Positions 1 through 9,891 of a stretch of 64,000 bases of DNA are shown piece after piece; the first letter of the stretch is position 1; each line of letters opens with the position of its first letter. Source of the stretch: an uncultured Bacilli bacterium (lineage in GTDB: Bacteria > Bacillota_I > Bacilli_A > RF39 > UBA660); the NCBI GenBank assembly GCA_934086185.1, contig CAKOHW010000003.1, forward strand, positions 69,155-133,154, in the 5' to 3' direction. A program made the translations under genes and the position numbers. The notes under the pieces were generated by a model. It was not told the origin of the DNA. It did not search any database and saw only the letters and a list, made by a program, of their open reading frames with translations.

Positions 1-64
1 AAGTCAAAAAAATAAAGTAGTAATTGTTAATGCACCTACTAAAAATGATGAAATAAAAGAATAC

Positions 65-1426
65 TTGGGTTATACTTGGTCTACTAGAAAAGGTAGTGAG
101 GGTATTAAATATTTAGGTGTTAAAAATGATGCGGGAGTATTAGATAAAAATCATGGAATAAATACAATACAAACACCTTTATTTAATCCTTCTGATTTAG
201 AAGACCCAGAAAAAATTAATTCTATAATCAGAAATAATTTTGCAGGACAAGAATTAGATTTTGATTATGACAATGTAAAATATCATGATTTAATTGATTT
301 ACTTGATTTTAAGACAACCGCATTTACAAAAAATATTAAAACAGCAAATATTAGAAGAAATATTATTCTAAAAGAAGGCTATAAGTTGTACAACTTATCC
401 AATAGTAAAAATTTTGATTTAAGTATTGGAAAAAGAGTTATCACATCTGATATATCAAAGAATGGTAAGATTCCTATATATAGTGCAAATGTAAATGATA
501 TATTTGGTTATAGCGAATCAACTTTAGCAAGTTTATCAGATTTTAGTACGCCATCAGTTTTATGGGGAATAGATGGTGATTGGAATGTTGGTTATGTCAA
601 AGAAAATATTAAATTTTTTCCAACTGATCATTGCGGAGTATTAAGAATAAAATCAGAGGAATTATTACCTAAATATGTAATGTACGCATTAGAATATGAA
701 GGAATACAATCTAGATTTTCACGTAGTAATAGAGCGTCAACTCAACGTGTAAAAGATTTAGTTATTCAAGCACCTAGCGTCGCAGAACAGAAAAAAATTA
801 TTTCTGAATTAGATGAATATGATAATAAAATAAAAATATTAAACAAGGATATAAATGAATTAACTAACGAGATAGATGTTAAATTTGATGAAATGTTTGT
901 CGGAAAAGGAATTGAAACATCAAAGATTAACTCATTATATAGTGAATTATATGCAGGTGGTGATACACCAATTCAAACTTCTAAGAAACGAGATGATGAA
1001 TTTAAATATCCTATTTATTCAAATGGCACAAAAAATGCAGGTCTATTGTATTACTCTAAAGAATATAAAACGTCTAAAGAAGCAGTAACAATTTCAGCAA
1101 GAGGAACAATAGGTTATACACAAATTAGAAAGCCCAATTTTACTGCAGTTGTTCGACTAATAGTAATGGTTCCAAATGATAAAGTGAATATTTATTACTT
1201 AAAATCTGCAATTGATCATATTGAATTTAATAAAACAGGTAATGGCGCTGGTCAATTAACTGTTCCAGATTTTGCAAATATGGATATTATTTTACCTAAT
1301 AAAAAAGAACAGGAAATATTTGCTAAATTTGTTTTAGACAATTATAAAAAAATAGATACATTAGAACAAGAATTGATTACGGCTGGTACAAATAAAGAAG
1401 AACTATTAAATAAATACTTTAAATAA
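65..1426 (+). CDS. hsdS: Type I restriction-modification specificity subunit HsdS with two target-recognition domains
   Basis: 453 aa. Two TRD-like halves are each followed by the conserved HsdS spacer motifs (QAPSVAEQKKIISELDEYDNKI and ILPNKKEQEIFAKFVLDNYKKIDTLEQELI). The upstream ORF ends at nt 15. Confidence 0.75.
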   Translation: MGYTWSTRKGSEGIKYLGVKNDAGVLDKNHGINTIQTPLFNPSDLEDPEKINSIIRNNFAGQELDFDYDNVKYHDLIDLLDFKTTAFTKNIKTANIRRNIILKEGYKLYNLSNSKNFDLSIGKRVITSDISKNGKIPIYSANVNDIFGYSESTLASLSDFSTPSVLWGIDGDWNVGYVKENIKFFPTDHCGVLRIKSEELLPKYVMYALEYEGIQSRFSRSNRASTQRVKDLVIQAPSVAEQKKIISELDEYDNKIKILNKDINELTNEIDVKFDEMFVGKGIETSKINSLYSELYAGGDTPIQTSKKRDDEFKYPIYSNGTKNAGLLYYSKEYKTSKEAVTISARGTIGYTQIRKPNFTAVVRLIVMVPNDKVNIYYLKSAIDHIEFNKTGNGAGQLTVPDFANMDIILPNKKEQEIFAKFVLDNYKKIDTLEQELITAGTNKEELLNKYFK

Positions 1427-1517
1427 TAAAAAATATTTGATTTTTGTATTTTTGTTAATTAAATATTAATCAAAATATAATTTATTATTTAGAATTATTA
1501 TAGGGAGTGAAGTATTA

Positions 1518-3314
1518 ATGAAGTTAAAGTTTATAAAAATTAATAATTATAAATCTTTTGCTAATGATTGTAATCAATTGTTTGTTTCTGAATTAAATAC
1601 TATAGTTGGTAAAAATGAATCTGGAAAATCAAATTTAATAGAAGCTATTGGCAATATAAATAAAATTGGAGCAACATCTATTGACTATTTTAAAAATATA
1701 AATAAGAATTCGAAAGAAGATATAAGTATTGAACTAACTTTTGAATTGGATGCAATTGATAAAAAGAGATATAATTATCATGAAAATGTAATTGTAAGTA
1801 TAAATGGCTATAAGAATTGTGAATTTGATGAAAAATTTGGAGATGTTATTTCAAGTATAAATAATATTTCAAATATCAGAGATGAAATACTTAGATTTAT
1901 AGATGAGAATAGTATTCCTATTAGCAACCCTGAGAATAAATTAGTTTATGACCCAATTATCGAAGGTGTAAAGCAAATTAACAAAAAAATAATCTTTAAA
2001 CCAGATGGCTATGACAATTTTATTAACAGGTTAATTGGTACAAAAAATGAAGTATTAATGGAATTATGTAATTTGTTTGAAAAGCTATTTAAAATACTAG
2101 ATGAAGTTTATCCGAATTTTCCAGAATTCATATTAATTTCTAGTAATGAATTAAAAAAAACATATACGAGTTCTGAATTATATGATGAATTAGATAGTTT
2201 TAGTTCAATACTATATCAATTCTTAGAAGTATGTAAAATAAATTCTACTGATATAATTGAAACATCTAATTTAGATGATGCTGTTGATATTTTAAATAGA
2301 ACTAATGAATATAATAATTTGATTAGAACTAACTTTGTAGAAAAATTTAATAATTTTTATAAACAAGAAATTATTGATATGGTTATTAATTTTAATTCAC
2401 ATAAAATGACTGTTGCAATTAAGACGAAAGGAAGATTTCTTCCAATAGAAGAGCGCAGTAATGGATTAAAATGGTACATTAATATTTTTATTCAATTGAT
2501 GTTTAGAGATTTGATTGGAAAGAGCAGAAATAAAATAATTTTATTAGATGAACCTGGTGTTTTTCTACATTCAATAGCTCAAGAAGAATTATTAAGTTTA
2601 TTATATGATTTATCAACTAGAGATAATCAAGTTATTTATACTACTCATTCACCAGCAATGATTAATTTCGATAAAATACAAAATATTAGAGCTATTGAAA
2701 AAGATGATAATGGCAATAGTTGTATATATAATAAAATATCCGAATTTCCAATCAGTTCTAAATCTAAGTATGAAACAATAACTCCGATTATAAATGCAAT
2801 GGGTTATAAAATGAAGTATAATATTGGAATTAATTCAAAAAAATTTAATTTAATTGTTGAAGGAATTACTGATTATTTATATTTACAATCATATATAAAT
2901 ATTAAAAAAATAAAAGATTATAACATAATAGCGAGTACAGGAGCTGATAATATTCCTGCAATATCATCCATTTTATATGGATGGGGATGCCAATTTATAA
3001 TAGTATTAGACAATGATAATAAGGGTAGAAGTGTATATGATTCAATAAATTCGAGTGATATGCCTTATAAAGATAAGATTATATTTGTTAACGGGAAAAA
3101 ATATACAAAAAATTTGGATGAAGAAATTGAAGATATTTTTTCAGAAGAAGATAAAATAAAATTTAATTTAAATAGTCTTGATTATAAAGATAAAAAGTAT
3201 TTTTATGCATATGCTTGCTATGAAAGAATAAAAACAAAAGTAGATAAATTTGATAATCACACTATTTCGAATTTTGATAGATTATTTAAAAATATAGGTG
3301 ATTTAAAGAAATAA
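1518..3314 (+). CDS. OLD-family ATP-dependent endonuclease (ABC-type ATPase N-domain plus C-terminal Toprim domain)
   Basis: 598 aa. Walker A GKNESGKSN, Walker B ILLDEPGVFLH and H-loop TTHSP are present. The C-terminal Toprim signature is LIVEGITDYLYLQ ... ASTGADNIP ... FIIVLDNDNKG. RBS GGGAGTG upstream. No UvrD-like partner gene follows. Confidence 0.75.
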   Translation: MKLKFIKINNYKSFANDCNQLFVSELNTIVGKNESGKSNLIEAIGNINKIGATSIDYFKNINKNSKEDISIELTFELDAIDKKRYNYHENVIVSINGYKNCEFDEKFGDVISSINNISNIRDEILRFIDENSIPISNPENKLVYDPIIEGVKQINKKIIFKPDGYDNFINRLIGTKNEVLMELCNLFEKLFKILDEVYPNFPEFILISSNELKKTYTSSELYDELDSFSSILYQFLEVCKINSTDIIETSNLDDAVDILNRTNEYNNLIRTNFVEKFNNFYKQEIIDMVINFNSHKMTVAIKTKGRFLPIEERSNGLKWYINIFIQLMFRDLIGKSRNKIILLDEPGVFLHSIAQEELLSLLYDLSTRDNQVIYTTHSPAMINFDKIQNIRAIEKDDNGNSCIYNKISEFPISSKSKYETITPIINAMGYKMKYNIGINSKKFNLIVEGITDYLYLQSYINIKKIKDYNIIASTGADNIPAISSILYGWGCQFIIVLDNDNKGRSVYDSINSSDMPYKDKIIFVNGKKYTKNLDEEIEDIFSEEDKIKFNLNSLDYKDKKYFYAYACYERIKTKVDKFDNHTISNFDRLFKNIGDLKK

Positions 3315-3346
3315 CTTCTTGCCAATTTGGCAAGAAGTATTTTTTA
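3315..3346 (+). terminator. Rho-independent terminator after the OLD nuclease gene
   Basis: Perfect inverted repeat ACTTCTTGCCAA / TTGGCAAGAAGT followed by ATTTTTT. Confidence 0.75.
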
Positions 3347-4640
3347 TCTTATGGGAGAAAGACCTTTATCATTACTTACATCACCAGGTGGCGAAGGCGC
3401 TGAAGTAATTTACGCACTTAGAAATAATGATAAATTGGCTAGTAAAATACTTAATGGATTATCTGAAAGTGGACAAACTATAAGAAAATATTATCAAAGA
3501 CGTTTGCCAAGTGATACTTCTAAAGATTATTATTATATAATAAGAAATACTCCAAATGCTGAAACAGTTATTGTTGAATATGGATTTTTAGATAATAAAA
3601 ATGATGCTGATAGAATAAAACAAAATTATAAAAAATATGCAGATGCTGTTGTGGATGCTGTTTTAGATTATAAAGGTATATCAGTTAATAATGATGGATA
3701 TTATATTGTTAAAAAAGGAGATTCATTATGGAGTATTGCTAACAATAATGGAATAACTGTAAGTGATTTGAAAAAACTAAATAATTTGACTAGTAATAAT
3801 TTAAGTATAGGACAAAAGTTAAAATTAAAAAATAATAATGATAACAATGGAAGCAACGATAATTTATATTCTAGTACATATGTGGTTAAGAATGGAGATA
3901 CGTTATATAGTATTGCTAAAAAATATAATGTAAGTGTTGATGATATAAAAAGTGTTAATAATTTAACAAATAATAATCTGACAATTGGACAAGTTATTAA
4001 AATACCTGGTATAAATATAGAAGAACCTAATACATATACTGTAAAAAAGGGAGATTCGTTATGGAGTATAGCAAATAAGTATGGTACAAGTGTAGAAGAA
4101 CTTAAAAAAGTTAATAATCTTACAAGTAATGTATTATCTAGTGGACAAGTATTAAAATTACCTGGTACTAGTAAAGAAAATACAGTTAATACTTATACTG
4201 TTAAACGTGGAGATACATTATATTCTATTGCTAGTAAATATAATATTAGTGTTGATAAATTAAAAGAAATTAACAATTTAACTAGTAATAATTTAAGTAT
4301 TGGACAAACATTAAATCTTATTGATAAAACTGATAATATAACTAGTGAAGATTATGATTACTATACAGTAAAGAATGGAGATACATTATATAGTATTGCT
4401 AATAAATTTGATACTACAGTTAGTAAGATAAAAGAATTAAATAATTTACCAAATAATATGTTGAGTGTTGGGCAAATGATAAAAATACCTGGTAATTTAT
4501 CTAGTACATATGTAGTTAAGAGTGGAGATACACTATGGAGTATTGCTAAAGATAATAATATTAGTGTTGATAAGTTAAAAGAAATTAACAATTTAAATAG
4601 TAATAATTTAACTATTGGTCAACAATTATTAATAAATTAA
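3327..4640 (+). pseudogene. 5'-truncated N-acetylmuramoyl-L-alanine amidase (Amidase_3 C-terminal half only) fused to six LysM repeats
   Basis: The ORF opens inside the terminator hairpin. Its first ~115 aa align to the distal half of Amidase_3 (GAEVIY, LASKILNGL, YYIIRNTPNAETVIVEYGFLDN, ADAVVDAVLDY). The proximal SIHxNA metal-binding part and any signal peptide are absent. Six LysM units follow, each of the form YxVKxGD(T/S)L(W/Y)SIAxKY...L...N.L.IGQ.L. Confidence 0.
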
Positions 4641-4709
4641 TATAGTTTTATACTATGTTTTTTTATTGAATATTCATTATATGATTGTTATAATTTTTAT
4701 GAGGTGTAA

Positions 4710-6047
4710 TTGGTGAAGATAGAATTAAAAGCTAGGAAATTTGCTATAAAAGCTCATAAGGGTCAAGTTAGAAAAAGTGATAAAGATAAACCTATGATAA
4801 TTCATCCTATAAATGTTGCAAATATTTTAAAAGAATATGATTTTGATCAAAATGTGATATCTGCTGGATATTTGCACGATGTTGTAGAAGATACTAAATA
4901 TGAAATAGAAAACATAAAAGAAATGTTTGGTGAAGATATTGCATCTTTAGTATGGGGTGCTAGTGAAGAAGATAAAAGTTTATCTTGGGAAGAAAGAAAA
5001 GAACATACAATAGAAAAAGCAAAAACATTAGATTTAAGACATAAAGCAGTAATTTGTGCGGATAAAATAAGTAATTTAGAAGATTTAAGAATATTATATG
5101 AACTAAAGGGAGAAAGTGTTTTTTCTTCATTTAAAAGAGGTTTTGAATCTCAAAAATGGTATTATACTGAAGTTTATAATAGTTTAATTATGAATGAAGA
5201 TAAAAATCATCCTATGTTTATAAGATTAAAAGAAATAATAGATTATATATTTTATAATAAAAATTCTAATGAATATGTTAAAACTATTATTTTTAAAGAA
5301 AATATAGATGAATATAATCTTTTAAAAAATATACATTATAGAAAAGAAGAAGTTTTTAAATTAAAAAATGTTTTATCTAAGAAAAAACCATATGTAATAG
5401 AATTTACTGGAACTCCTAGAACTGGTAAAACTAGTTTAATAAATAATTTAAAAGATTTTTTTAAGAAGAAGGGTTTTAGTGTTTGTATTATTGAGGAATT
5501 TACTACTTCATTAAAATATAAGACGCAAATATATCCAATTCTTAAAAATGAATCTAAAAATGTAGTTAATACTGAAATACCAAAGTATGTATTAAAAGAT
5601 TTGGATGATGCAATAAATAGTAAATATGATATTATTATTGTAGATAGATCTTTATTTGATAGACTTATATGGGTAGATAGATTATTTTTAAAAAAGGGTA
5701 TGAGTGATGAAGAATATAATGAATATAAAAGTACATATATACCATTAATTAAGGAAAAGATTAATATTATTGTATCATTATATACTGATAGTTTGACTTG
5801 TTTAAAAAGGGATTATCATGCTAATTTATCACTTGAAAATAGAACATTTTTAAATGTAGATAATGTTAATGAATATAATAAATCGTTATTAAATATGGAA
5901 AAGTTATCTATAAAAGAGAATATTAATTTTAAAATGTTTGATACTACTAATAAGAATCAAAGAGAAATATCATTTGAAGTTATAGATAGTATATTAAGTG
6001 ATATGAGAAAATACTATTTATCTTTGGTTATTGATGAATTTAATTAA
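4710..6047 (+). CDS. Fusion protein: RelA/SpoT-type HD domain (small alarmone hydrolase-like) plus a C-terminal P-loop deoxynucleoside/nucleotide kinase-like domain
   Basis: GTG start with RBS GAGGTG. N-terminal KARKFAIKAHKGQVRK ... IIHPINVANIL ... AGYLHDVVEDT matches the ppGpp-hydrolase HD motif set (H, HD, D). The C-terminal half carries Walker A GTPRTGKTS and a dNK-like DRSLFDRLIW motif. Confidence 0.6.
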   Translation: MVKIELKARKFAIKAHKGQVRKSDKDKPMIIHPINVANILKEYDFDQNVISAGYLHDVVEDTKYEIENIKEMFGEDIASLVWGASEEDKSLSWEERKEHTIEKAKTLDLRHKAVICADKISNLEDLRILYELKGESVFSSFKRGFESQKWYYTEVYNSLIMNEDKNHPMFIRLKEIIDYIFYNKNSNEYVKTIIFKENIDEYNLLKNIHYRKEEVFKLKNVLSKKKPYVIEFTGTPRTGKTSLINNLKDFFKKKGFSVCIIEEFTTSLKYKTQIYPILKNESKNVVNTEIPKYVLKDLDDAINSKYDIIIVDRSLFDRLIWVDRLFLKKGMSDEEYNEYKSTYIPLIKEKINIIVSLYTDSLTCLKRDYHANLSLENRTFLNVDNVNEYNKSLLNMEKLSIKENINFKMFDTTNKNQREISFEVIDSILSDMRKYYLSLVIDEFN

Positions 6048-6134
6048 ATTTTGTAAAGTATTATAAATATATGTTTTAATTTCTTGAAAATTTCATATCT
6101 CAATACTATAATTTAAAATGAAGGATGTGATATA

Positions 6135-6590
6135 ATGCCACAATACGATACTAGTTCAAGTATTACTAGTAGTTTAGGACAAACAGCAAAATCTTTTTCA
6201 GTATCTGAAGTTTGGATAATTGTAAGTGTTTTATTAGCAGTAATTGGAGGTATATTATTATTTACTACATATTTTAATAAAGATATGGAAAATAAATATA
6301 CTGGATTTAAAAAAACTATATATGATTTTTTACATTTTAAGATTACTATTATAGAACCTATATTTAAAGTAGCTTATTTAGTTGTAGCAATTGCTATTAC
6401 GTTAAGTTCATTTTCATTTATTCCAATTAATTTCTTTAAATTTATTGGAGTGTTAGTATTTGGCAATATTATGGCAAGATTAGGATTTGAAATGTTACTT
6501 CTAATCTTAAAATTATTTACTGATGTAAGTGAAATAAATAAGAAAATTGGTAAAGAGCCTAAAAAAACTAAAACTGAAAAAGAAAAATAA
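6135..6590 (+). CDS. Hypothetical small membrane protein
   Basis: 151 aa with hydrophobic helices and a lysine-rich C-terminus. RBS AAGGATG. Confidence 0.4.
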   Translation: MPQYDTSSSITSSLGQTAKSFSVSEVWIIVSVLLAVIGGILLFTTYFNKDMENKYTGFKKTIYDFLHFKITIIEPIFKVAYLVVAIAITLSSFSFIPINFFKFIGVLVFGNIMARLGFEMLLLILKLFTDVSEINKKIGKEPKKTKTEKEK

Positions 6591-6627
6591 AAACCTAACA
6601 TGAATTTGTTAGATTTTTTTTACTATT

Positions 6628-8625
6628 TTATTCTTCCTGATTACTATTTTCAGGATTTTTTTCTTCTTCTTGATTATCAATATTTTCTGAATTTTCTTTT
6701 TCTGGCTGATTTTCAGTGTTATTATTATTTTCTGGTTGTTTTGGTTCTTCTATAGTTGGAGTATCACTATTATCATTATTGTTTATTGGTTCATTTTGAA
6801 TATTTGATGTGGTTTTATCTTCAACTTTTATTACATTAACACTAATACTACTTATATTTGAAGTTAATGTTCCTTTTATAACATTTTGATATGTAATTAT
6901 GTTATTTTTATTTGAATCATAACCTTCCATACCTTCAGTTATATAATTTTTATAAACAGTTATATTTCTACTATTTGCCCATGATTCTAAGTAAGATATA
7001 CTAGTTCCAACAAAATTTGGTAATGCTTCATTTCTCTTTACAGTATAATATTCTTTTCCAATTACTGGGACTTCATATTTGTAATTTACAGAGAAATTAA
7101 AAGTTTTGGTTAATTCAGGTTCTTTTAATCCTAAATTAATTTTCATTGCATCAACAATTTCATTTAAACTTTGTTCATAATATTGGAATGTATATACATT
7201 ACCTAGTCCTGGAATATACATTGTTAAATCATAACCAGTTAGATATGTTTTTTCTATATTAATAGATGCATTATTTTTTAAAAGCATTTTCTTAGCAACA
7301 TTATATAAATTTAACATTTCATCTGTACTAATATTTGTTTCAGTATTATTACTTACTGTGTTTAATATTTCATAAAATTTATCAACACTTCTTACAGTTT
7401 TTGCTTTTTTAGAAATTGCTTCTACAACTAATTGTTGATGTTGTACTCTTTGAAAATCACCAGTTAAAAGTGTTTTTCTATGTCTTGCTAATGCAAGAGC
7501 TTGTTCACCATTTAAAGTTTGTAAACCTTTATTTAGACATATTTCATTTGCTCCAAATAATCTGTTTGAATCTTGTTCGCAAAAATCTACTGGTACATCA
7601 ACCTCTATTCCTTTTAAGGCATCTACTAAGTTGACAACACCTTTAAAATTTATTTTTACATAATAATCTATATCAATATCTGTTAGATTTTTAATTGTTT
7701 TTATAACACAACTTGCTCCACCTACGGCAGATGAATTAATCTTGTTAGATGCATTACCATTACATGCTATTGGTACATATGTATCTCTAGGAATACTAAA
7801 TATAGTTGTATTAAGAGTTGATGGATTAAATGTTACTAACATCATTGTATCACCGTTAAATGCTGCATTTTCTTTTAGACCATCGGTTTCTGAATCAACA
7901 CCTAGTATAAGTAGAGTAAAAGGTTCAGTTAAACTTTTGTTAGTACTTAATTCAATGTCTTTATTTTTCATCTTTTCCTTGTATGTATATATTACTTTGG
8001 TGTCATTTTTTATATTACTGTAATTATCATATCTTTCATAATTAAATACATAATTTGAACTAGTTAACATACCTTTTATTTTATTATTATATAGATCTGA
8101 TAACATTTCTAAATCGTTTGAATAATATTTAATATCTATTTTATCCAATTTCTTTTTTTCAATTAATTTATTAGCAAGAACGTTTCCTTCTATATCTTCT
8201 TCATTATTGATCATACCTACAGTAAAATCTTTATTGTTTTCAAATTCAGTATCTTTCATTACAATTAAACTTGAAGAATATAGTATTTTATCTTTTGTCA
8301 TGTTATCTACTATATTATAAGTTTTATATATATAAACACTTATAATTATAAATAATATATTAATTATACATATTATAATTGAGTTTGCTATGTAACTTTT
8401 ATTTCTTTTGCTAAATAATAATAAAATATTAATAAATAAGTATATTGGAAAAGAAATAATACATAGAGTTATAAATATTACTCTTATTAGTGTTTCTATA
8501 TTTTTTAATAATAATAAACTATGTGTAATCATTATTAAACTTGTTAAAAATAATATTCCGAATATTATGTATAATACTTTGTAAATTGTTTTTAGTTTTT
8601 TAAATTTTTTAAATATACTTTTCAT
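6628..8625 (-). CDS. LytR-CpsA-Psr (LCP) family cell-envelope phosphotransferase with long C-terminal extension
   Basis: N-terminal TM segments, then an LCP core (TMMLVTFNP ... IFSIPRDTYV ... NKINSSAVGG). Low-complexity acidic N/E/Q-rich C-terminal tail. RBS AGGAATGA. Confidence 0.7.
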   Translation of the reverse strand: MKSIFKKFKKLKTIYKVLYIIFGILFLTSLIMITHSLLLLKNIETLIRVIFITLCIISFPIYLFINILLLFSKRNKSYIANSIIICIINILFIIISVYIYKTYNIVDNMTKDKILYSSSLIVMKDTEFENNKDFTVGMINNEEDIEGNVLANKLIEKKKLDKIDIKYYSNDLEMLSDLYNNKIKGMLTSSNYVFNYERYDNYSNIKNDTKVIYTYKEKMKNKDIELSTNKSLTEPFTLLILGVDSETDGLKENAAFNGDTMMLVTFNPSTLNTTIFSIPRDTYVPIACNGNASNKINSSAVGGASCVIKTIKNLTDIDIDYYVKINFKGVVNLVDALKGIEVDVPVDFCEQDSNRLFGANEICLNKGLQTLNGEQALALARHRKTLLTGDFQRVQHQQLVVEAISKKAKTVRSVDKFYEILNTVSNNTETNISTDEMLNLYNVAKKMLLKNNASINIEKTYLTGYDLTMYIPGLGNVYTFQYYEQSLNEIVDAMKINLGLKEPELTKTFNFSVNYKYEVPVIGKEYYTVKRNEALPNFVGTSISYLESWANSRNITVYKNYITEGMEGYDSNKNNIITYQNVIKGTLTSNISSISVNVIKVEDKTTSNIQNEPINNNDNSDTPTIEEPKQPENNNNTENQPEKENSENIDNQEEEKNPENSNQEE

Positions 8626-8731
8626 ATTATCATTCCTATTGTTTAATTATACAATATTTTAATATTTGTGTATAGCAAAATTATTTTTTAATAATATTAT
8701 TTGTGTTATAATCTATATTATAGAGGTAGTT

Positions 8732-9646
8732 ATGAAGAGTAAGAAAGTTAATAAATTATTTAATATTATTATTTTTATTTTAGTAGTTAGTATTGGTTTA
8801 ATATATGGTAAACAAGAAATTTTTAAGAATAGTTATTCATATAAAGATGATAATAAAAGTAGTGTAAGTAATAATATAGATAGTAATTTGGAAATATATT
8901 TTTTTGATGTAGGACAAGCAGATTCTATTTTAATAAAAAGTAATGATGATACTGTCTTAATAGATGCTGGTAATAGGAATGATGGTGAAAATTTAGCAAA
9001 TTATATTAAAAATGATTTAAAAATAAATGATATAGATATAGTTATAGGTACTCATCCTCATGAAGATCATATTGGTGGTATGAGTTATATAATTGACTCA
9101 TTTGATGTTGGTAAAATATATTTACCTGATGTTACTAGTAATGCTAAATTTTTTGAAAAATTGCTTGATAGTATAGAAAGTAAAGATTATAAAATATCTG
9201 TGCCTAAAGTTGGTGAAGAAATCAAATTGAATAATTTAGTATTTAATGTATTAAGTGTAGATGATAATGATAAAAATATAAATGATTGTTCTATAGTATT
9301 AAAGTTAAATTATTTAGATACTAAGTATTTGTTTATGGGAGATGCTAGTAAAAGTGTTGAAAAAAAATTATTAGATAAAGATATAAAGGCTGATGTTATT
9401 AAAATAGGACATCATGGTTCTAGTTATAGTAGTAGTAATAAATTTTTAGAAAGTGTTAATCCTAATATTGCTATTATTTCTGTAGGTAAAGATAATAAAT
9501 ATAAACATCCTACTAATAATGTTTTAAATACACTTAATAATTTGAATATTAAATATTATAGAACTGATATTGATGGTACTATAAAATTAGTTAGTGATGG
9601 AAAGAATATAGAAATTAATAAGATTAAAACTAATATAGACGGTTAG
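8732..9646 (+). CDS. MBL-fold metallo-hydrolase (ComEC C-terminal beta-lactamase-like domain), membrane anchored
   Basis: FFDVGQADSILIK ... LIDAGN ... VIGTHPHEDHIGG ... KIGHHGS. Start moved to the internal ATG at 8732, which has RBS AGAGGTAG (track ORF begins 8666). Confidence 0.65.
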   Translation: MKSKKVNKLFNIIIFILVVSIGLIYGKQEIFKNSYSYKDDNKSSVSNNIDSNLEIYFFDVGQADSILIKSNDDTVLIDAGNRNDGENLANYIKNDLKINDIDIVIGTHPHEDHIGGMSYIIDSFDVGKIYLPDVTSNAKFFEKLLDSIESKDYKISVPKVGEEIKLNNLVFNVLSVDDNDKNINDCSIVLKLNYLDTKYLFMGDASKSVEKKLLDKDIKADVIKIGHHGSSYSSSNKFLESVNPNIAIISVGKDNKYKHPTNNVLNTLNNLNIKYYRTDIDGTIKLVSDGKNIEINKIKTNIDG

Positions 9647-9662
9647 AAAGGTAGGACATTTT

Positions 9663-9875
9663 ATGTATACAGTTGATAGAATTGAAAATGATTATGTAGT
9701 ATTGGAAGATAGAAATAATTTAGATATGATAGATGTTAAGATTACTGAGTTTAATTATGATGTTAGTGAAGGAGATATCGTTTTATATAAGGATGGTAAA
9801 TATATAAAGGATGAAGAAGAAACAAATAGAATAAAAAGTAATATTAGAAGTAGATTTAATAAATTAAAAAAATAA
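9663..9875 (+). CDS. DUF3006-family small protein (usual partner of ComEC-like MBL hydrolases)
   Basis: 70 aa; YTVDRIENDYVVLED ... GDIVLYKDGKY pattern. Sits immediately after the MBL gene. Confidence 0.5.
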   Translation: MYTVDRIENDYVVLEDRNNLDMIDVKITEFNYDVSEGDIVLYKDGKYIKDEEETNRIKSNIRSRFNKLKK

Positions 9876-9891
9876 AGATGGAGTTGGTAGT

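Noticed and set aside
876-1088. Short ORFs embedded in or antisense to larger genes (876-1088, 4361-4591, 6374-6601, 7416-7634, 7742-8023, 11189-11416, 14229-14426, 15385-15654, 16836-17231, 17848-18275, 23395-23646, 25016-25234, 30142-30324, 31004-31186, 32145-32357, 37973-38293, 42170-42427, 45540-45932, 53001-53273, 56473-56664, 61684-61935, 62673-62858)
   Set aside because: All sit inside longer, well-supported genes on the same or opposite strand. They have low-complexity AT-rich translations and no RBS, so I treat them as frame artefacts.
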